From the IMG/VR virus record IMGVR_UViG_2563366978_000002, positions 1-42,648 of that record: a stretch of DNA of 42,648 nt, one strand, 5' to 3'. The notes under the pieces are model-generated. The model did not search any database. It was not told the origin of the DNA and was given only the letters and a program-made list of their open reading frames with translations. Source of the stretch: a virus (lineage: Duplodnaviria; Heunggongvirae; Uroviricota; Caudoviricetes). A program made the position numbers and the translations under genes. Positions 37,733-42,648 of the stretch are shown here, piece after piece. The first letter of the stretch is position 1, and each line of letters begins with the position of its first letter.

Positions 37733-40438
37733 ATGACAGACATTACAGCCAATGTTGTAGTGAGTATGCCTTCGCAACTCTTCACTATGGCGCGTTCTTT
37801 TAAAGCCGTAGCCAACGGCAAAATTTATATCGGAAAAATTGACACTGACCCGGTAAATCCTGAAAACCAGATTCAGGTTTATGTGGAAAACGAAGACGGT
37901 TCTCAAGTTCCTGTTTCTCAACCAATCATCATTAACGCTGCTGGTTACCCGGTATATAACGGACAGATTGCCAAATTCGTTACCGTGCAAGGCCATTCTA
38001 TGGCTGTTTACGATGCTTATGGCACTCAGCAGTTTTATTTTCCAAATGTATTAAAATACGATCCAGATCAGTTTGGCCCAGACTTCAAAGAGCAGTTATC
38101 TCAATCAGGAGCATACATTAATGATGATTCAAAAGGTGATGCATTAATTGGGGTAAGGCAGCCATTTACCGGGGCTGTAACTATAACTCAGCATGAAAAC
38201 AATGCTCTTTTCTTAAATGTAAAACAATTTGGAGCAATTGGGGATGGGAAATATCATCCATTATCTGAGTGGTTTTCTTCAATTTCTGAAGCAAAATCCT
38301 TATATCCTTTTGTTGACTCATTATCTCAGTCAATAGACTGGGCCGCGTGGCAAGCTGCCCTTAACACAGGAAAGGTTATTTATGGTACTGATAATGCGTA
38401 TGTAATAACGGATACGTTAACACCTGTTTCTGGTGGTGGGATAATTTGTCTTGGTGTGGGCAAATGGGTCTCAGGATATACTGCAACATTTGCTCCTGAT
38501 ATTACCACAGGGACCACATTCCTGATGTACGGGGTAGGAAATAAAAAATATACTGTAGATTGTGTTTCTAATATGGATGTTAGTGGTGGTGTGGTTTCTA
38601 ATCCATCTTCCGAAGACCCGTATACAACAACGGCACCTGCGTCATCATATGATTTATTGGATTTTACTAACGGTGATGCTAATGGGACTACAAGAGCCAC
38701 GCTTAAACCATTCTCTGCCGCAATATTGATGCCTGAGACAGGATGTGTTCGCCTTGAGAACTTTCGTGTTGTTCCATATTTCAATGGGCTGGATGGTTAT
38801 AAAGACATTGCAAATACCGGTCTTGGCGATGAGTGGGATGTAGGTATTTGGTCACGTGCGTCTTTTGGCAATGAATACCGCAATTTGCAGGTGGTTGGAT
38901 ACTGGCGCAAGACGGCACTTTTAAAAACGAACATTCCTGTATCTGGCACGCTGGCCGCTCAGGGCGAGGATGAAAACTATTATCACTGTAGATTCCAGGG
39001 ATTCAAGGGTATTTCGATCCGCGCCCATGATGTATTCCGAATTACAGCGGTAACGTCCAGCACTATCGAAATCCCATGGTCAGCAAGCCACACCTTCGAA
39101 ACGTCCGGGGTTTTAAGATCTGGAGGCAGGAATTTCACTTATTCAGGATTATCCGTATCCGGTGATAAGTTAGTATTTACTGGAGTGTCTAACGCTTCTG
39201 AGGCAACAGTAGGTTCTACTATACGGCGAAATGACATAGATAACTTTGGTATGGCGGGAACGCAATTTTTCGATTGCTACATTACCAGCCTGTATCACCA
39301 CACACATCTGCTTGCCACATCGCAATACCTGTCTCAACCATTCAGCCGACCATCAGAGTGTATGGAGGTTTCAGGGGAACCAGTTCGCGGTGTACAGGTA
39401 CATGCAGGAACCATTCAGGGATGGGATGATGTTCTTATTCATCTACATGACTGTGGAAATATGAACTTTTACAGTACATATTTCGAAAGCCAGCAAGCAT
39501 ATGTAACTATAAATGGTGGTAATGCTATTGGTTATGGAGCACGTATGATAGCTTCCCGGCAATCAACAAGCTCATTACCATATGCAGCAGGGAATACTCG
39601 AGTGCTTAGAATGGTCGGGTGCTCTGAAGGCAATGGCGTTGACTGGGGTCCTGTATTTAACAACTATACAGGAGGAAGATATAATTCTGGAGACGGTGTA
39701 TTTAACCCCCGCGATGCATTTATAGACCATAAATCTCTTCCTGAGCAGTCAGGAGGTGAGTCAAGACTCGTATCACAAAAAGGAAATGCCAGAGTAGTAT
39801 GTGGTGTTGGTAAAACTGTACTGCTTGGACCAACGTCAGGAGATTGTAATTTACAGAGTAATACTGGAAGTTTAAATATTAGAAGTGGGATAAGAGTAAG
39901 AATCGGTCACGCTGATGGAACAGACTGGTGGTTGGCAGATGCTAATAAAATAGCTCCTGTTGATGATAATGTTAAAGCTATTGGACAGCCATCAAACAGA
40001 TGCTCTGTTATTTATGCAGGAACCGGGTCAATCAATACATCAGATGAAACTCTTAAAACAAGATATGATATTCTTAATGCAGAGCGTGATGCCGCTATTG
40101 AAATAAAGTCAGTCATCTATAAATTTAAATTTAATGACTCAATTAATCACAAAGGAATTGAGTCGTCTAGGTATCATTTTGGCGTTGGCGCTCAAACCGT
40201 AGGGGATATTCTTAGAAAGCATGGTTTAAACCCTGAGCAATATGCTTTTTGGTGTTACGATGAATGGCCTGACGTATGGGATGAAGAGGTGATAACTGAA
40301 GAGAGCACAGATCCTGATACAGGTGAGAAAATTTATTCTCAATATAAAACAGGAGATATGATTCTTGTAAAAAAAGCAGGAGGACGCTACGGAATTCGTT
40401 ATGACGAATTGGCTATGTTTATATTAATGGCAATGTAG
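37733..40438 (+). CDS. Tailspike: P22 gp9-like N-terminal head-binding domain, distinct central receptor-binding domain, C-terminal autoproteolytic intramolecular-chaperone-like domain
   Basis: 901-aa ORF; first ~110 aa ([56 protein letters not shown]...VLKYDPDQ) match the P22 tailspike head-binding domain as recalled; last ~132 aa begin with SDETLK, resembling the Ser-Lys cleavage motif of chaperone domains. Confidence 0.85.
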   Translation: MTDITANVVVSMPSQLFTMARSFKAVANGKIYIGKIDTDPVNPENQIQVYVENEDGSQVPVSQPIIINAAGYPVYNGQIAKFVTVQGHSMAVYDAYGTQQFYFPNVLKYDPDQFGPDFKEQLSQSGAYINDDSKGDALIGVRQPFTGAVTITQHENNALFLNVKQFGAIGDGKYHPLSEWFSSISEAKSLYPFVDSLSQSIDWAAWQAALNTGKVIYGTDNAYVITDTLTPVSGGGIICLGVGKWVSGYTATFAPDITTGTTFLMYGVGNKKYTVDCVSNMDVSGGVVSNPSSEDPYTTTAPASSYDLLDFTNGDANGTTRATLKPFSAAILMPETGCVRLENFRVVPYFNGLDGYKDIANTGLGDEWDVGIWSRASFGNEYRNLQVVGYWRKTALLKTNIPVSGTLAAQGEDENYYHCRFQGFKGISIRAHDVFRITAVTSSTIEIPWSASHTFETSGVLRSGGRNFTYSGLSVSGDKLVFTGVSNASEATVGSTIRRNDIDNFGMAGTQFFDCYITSLYHHTHLLATSQYLSQPFSRPSECMEVSGEPVRGVQVHAGTIQGWDDVLIHLHDCGNMNFYSTYFESQQAYVTINGGNAIGYGARMIASRQSTSSLPYAAGNTRVLRMVGCSEGNGVDWGPVFNNYTGGRYNSGDGVFNPRDAFIDHKSLPEQSGGESRLVSQKGNARVVCGVGKTVLLGPTSGDCNLQSNTGSLNIRSGIRVRIGHADGTDWWLADANKIAPVDDNVKAIGQPSNRCSVIYAGTGSINTSDETLKTRYDILNAERDAAIEIKSVIYKFKFNDSINHKGIESSRYHFGVGAQTVGDILRKHGLNPEQYAFWCYDEWPDVWDEEVITEESTDPDTGEKIYSQYKTGDMILVKKAGGRYGIRYDELAMFILMAM

Positions 40439-40456
40439 TTGCAATAAATGCAGTAT

Positions 40457-40488
40457 ATCCCGCATAAAAACTGCGGGATTGTTTTTAT
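40457..40488 (+). terminator. Intrinsic terminator after the tailspike gene
   Basis: ATCCCGC-ATAAAAACT-GCGGGAT hairpin followed by TGTTTTTA. Confidence 0.65.
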
Positions 40489-40683
40489 CTGGTGTATTTA
40501 TGAATTTTAAGTAAATTTTAGTATGGATTACTGCATCGCAGTTAAAGCAGAATTACCTATGAGACAAAACTAAGGTACACAAAGCTTTGCACTGGATTGC
40601 AAGGCTTTGTGCTCTTCTGGAGTGCGACATGTTTTTGTGACAAAAAATTAGCGCAAGAAGACAAAAATCACCTTGCGCTAATG

Positions 40684-40842
40684 CTCTGTTACATGTCACT
40701 AATACCATCTAAGTGGTTGATTCATAGTGACTGGATATGTTGTGTTTTGTAGCATTATGTAGTCTATTTTTTAGACTGCAGATATTGTAACACATTGATA
40801 TTAATGGTTTTTAATGTTTCACGTTCAGCTTTTTTATACTAA
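40684..40842. repeat. attR: phage P arm plus 15-bp core (40828..40842)
   Basis: Lambda-like P arm with arm-type Int sites (e.g. CAGGTCACTAAT-like, AGTGACTG), then core GCTTTTTTATACTAA and bacterial B' sequence CTTGAGCG. Confidence 0.85.
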
Positions 40843-40932
40843 CTTGAGCGAAACGGGAAGGTAAAAAGACAAAAAGTTGTTTTTAATACCTTTAAGTGAT
40901 ACCAGATGGCATTGCGCCATCTGGCAGAGTGA

Positions 40933-41409
40933 TTAACTAAACATCGCAGTAATCGAGGCACTCGCCAGAGAGTGAAAATGAACGTTAAACCCGACCATCG
41001 CGCCGCTGGCACCTTCATCGACATCAATACGTTCTACATCCAGCGCGTGAACGGTAAAAATGTAGCGATGGGTTTCGCCTTTCGGCGGCGCTGCGCCATC
41101 GTACCCGGTTTTACCAAAGTCGGTACGCGTCTGCAAAACGCCGTCTGGCATAGCTACCAGACCAGAGCCAAACCCTTGCGGTAATACGCGGGTATCAGCG
41201 GGTAAATTAACAACTACCCAGTGCCACCAGCCGGAGCCGGTTGGCGCATCCGGGTCATAGCAGGTGACAACAAAACTTTTCGTTCCCACAGGAACATCAT
41301 CCCACGCCAGATGCGGTGAAATATTATCGCCATCGTAACCCATGCCGTTAAAGACATGACGATGCGGCAGCTTATCGCCATCGCGCAGATCGTTACTGAT
41401 GAGTTTCAT
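40933..41409 (-). CDS. ybhB: YbhB, PEBP/RKIP-family protein; host gene flanking lambda attB
   Basis: 158-aa ORF MKLISNDLRDGDKLPHRHVFNGMGYDGDNISPHLAWDDVP... matching E. coli YbhB as recalled. Confidence 0.9.
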   Translation of the reverse strand: MKLISNDLRDGDKLPHRHVFNGMGYDGDNISPHLAWDDVPVGTKSFVVTCYDPDAPTGSGWWHWVVVNLPADTRVLPQGFGSGLVAMPDGVLQTRTDFGKTGYDGAAPPKGETHRYIFTVHALDVERIDVDEGASGAMVGFNVHFHSLASASITAMFS

Positions 41410-41517
41410 TAGAATGCCTCCGGGAAACCTCGGCCTTCAGACCGGGGAGGAAAGGAGGCGGTTTTCCGACTAACTGTACTTTGCATAATCACATTTTCCT
41501 CTTTAGTATGTGAACAC

Positions 41518-42648
41518 ATGAAACGCGCATATAAATACCGGTTTTACCCGACAACTGAGCAGGCTGAGCTTTTAGCTCAGACGTTTGGCTGTGTGCGCTT
41601 CGTCTACAATTCCATCCTTCGTTGGCGTACCGATGCGTACTACGAGCGAAAAGAAAAGATCGGTTATCTACAGGCCAACGCTCGCCTTACGGCGCTCAAA
41701 AAAGAGCCTGAATACATATGGCTGAATGATGTTTCCTGCGTTCCCCTCCAGCAGTCGTTGCGCCACCAACAAGCCGCCTTTGCTAACTTCTTTGCCGGAC
41801 GAGCTGCATATCCGGCTTTCAAAAGCAAACGGCACAAACAGGTGGCTGAGTTCACTGCCAGCGCGTTTAAACACCGTGACGGCGAGTTGTATATAGCAAA
41901 GAGCAAGTCGCCGCTGGATGTTCGCTGGAGTCGAGAATTACCATCTGCGCCGTCAACCGTTACCATTTCCAGAGATAGCGCTGGCAGGTACTTTGTTTCC
42001 TGCCTGTGTGAGTTTGAACCTGTATCAATGCCTGTTACCGCTAAAACGGTCGGCATTGATGTGGGCTTAAAAGATTTATTCGTCACCGATACCGGATTCA
42101 AAACCGACAATCCCCGCCACACCGCTAAATATGCGAAGCGATTAACGCTGCTACAGCGACGTTTAAGCAGGAAGCAAAAAGGCTCAAGAAACCGTATTAA
42201 AGCCCGCTTAAAGGTCGCCCGACTCCACGCGAAAATCGCCGATTGCCGGATGGACAATCTGCACAAGTTGTCCCGCAAACTGATTAACGAAAACCAAGTT
42301 GTTTGCGTCGAATCCCTCAAGGTGAAAAACATGATCCGCAACCCGAAGCTGTCTAAAGCAATAGCTGACGCAGGCTGGAGCGAACTTGTTCGCCAGCTCC
42401 AGTACAAAGGCAAATGGGCCGGGCGGTCAGTGGTCGCCATTGACCAGTATTTACCGTCCTCAAAATGCTGTAGTTGCTGCGGTTTCACCATGCAAAAAAT
42501 GCCTCTTAATGTTCGTAAATGGCACTGCCCTGAATGCGGCGCAGACCATGATCGCGACATTAACGCGGCACGTAATATTAAAGCTGCCGGGCTGGCAGTG
42601 TTAGCCCACGGAGAGCCTGTAAACCCTGAATCGCAGCACGCGGCTTAG
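41518..42648 (+). CDS. tnpB: IS200/IS605-family accessory protein TnpB (OrfB; RuvC-like RNA-guided nuclease family)
   Basis: 376-aa ORF with OrfB N-terminal region (MKRAYKYRFYPTTEQAELLAQTFGCVRFVYN), RuvC-like core and C-terminal zinc-finger CxxC...CxxC (CCSCCG...CPECG); stop codon is the last 3 nt of the window. Confidence 0.85.
   Translation: MKRAYKYRFYPTTEQAELLAQTFGCVRFVYNSILRWRTDAYYERKEKIGYLQANARLTALKKEPEYIWLNDVSCVPLQQSLRHQQAAFANFFAGRAAYPAFKSKRHKQVAEFTASAFKHRDGELYIAKSKSPLDVRWSRELPSAPSTVTISRDSAGRYFVSCLCEFEPVSMPVTAKTVGIDVGLKDLFVTDTGFKTDNPRHTAKYAKRLTLLQRRLSRKQKGSRNRIKARLKVARLHAKIADCRMDNLHKLSRKLINENQVVCVESLKVKNMIRNPKLSKAIADAGWSELVRQLQYKGKWAGRSVVAIDQYLPSSKCCSCCGFTMQKMPLNVRKWHCPECGADHDRDINAARNIKAAGLAVLAHGEPVNPESQHAA

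Larger units (their letters stand above)
1331..40842. mobile_element. Integrated mosaic lambdoid/P22-like prophage, bounded by identical 15-bp att cores
   Basis: Identical core GCTTTTTTATACTAA at 1331..1345 and 40828..40842; integrase and excisionase next to the left core; complete early, replication, lysis and morphogenesis modules between the cores. Confidence 0.9.

Noticed and set aside
41664-42560. 298-aa minus-strand ORF antisense to tnpB
   Set aside because: The plus-strand frame has clear TnpB hallmarks (OrfB N-terminus, zinc finger); the antisense ORF is a by-product of GC-rich sequence.
1-42648. Search for CRISPR arrays or rRNA genes
   Set aside because: No arrays of regularly spaced direct repeats and no rRNA-like sequence were seen on either strand; the only short repeat clusters are the operator and iteron sites already listed.

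Overview
This window is a complete-looking ~39.5 kb mosaic temperate prophage inserted at the E. coli lambda attachment site, between host genes ybhC (1..1284, -) and ybhB (40933..41409, -). The same 15-bp lambda att core GCTTTTTTATACTAA sits at both ends (1331..1345 and 40828..40842). An IS200/IS605-family tnpB gene follows ybhB at the right edge. All protein identities are from reading the translations and recalling known families, not from any database search; CDS coordinates include the stop codon. Gene order, left to right: lambda-type int/xis with the P' arm; a leftward early operon (small unknown ORFs, Ea22-like, SSB, Rad52-family annealing protein, cIII-like, membrane protein, N); the immunity region (pL/oL, nutL, a membrane protein just downstream of cI, cI, oR/pR, cro, nutR, cII); replication (O-like with internal iterons, DnaB-like helicase); a nin-like region (NinB, orphan C5-cytosine methyltransferase, Rha/KilAC antirepressor, DUF1364, RusA, NinH, Q); pR', two tRNA genes and a terminator; lambda-like lysis genes S, R, Rz/Rz1; then a P22/Sf6-like podovirus morphogenesis module (small and large terminase, portal, scaffold, coat, gp4, gp10, tail needle, gp14/gp7/gp20/gp16 homologues), a P22-type immI region (mnt, Omnt/Oarc, arc, ant) and a tailspike with a P22-like head-binding domain and a C-terminal autoproteolytic chaperone-like domain. 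The strongest candidate for something undescribed is a three-gene cassette on the lysogen-expressed strand between the gp16 homologue and mnt (34484..35839): an acidic 199-aa protein translationally coupled to a YafO-like putative toxin, followed by a small membrane coiled-coil protein. Other leads are a small membrane protein inserted in the arc-ant operon, a membrane protein in the rexAB position next to cI, a DUF2829-like (possibly Tad2-like) gene between lysis and packaging, and an SSB whose acidic tip is capped by a 15-residue extension. No CRISPR array or rRNA was seen.
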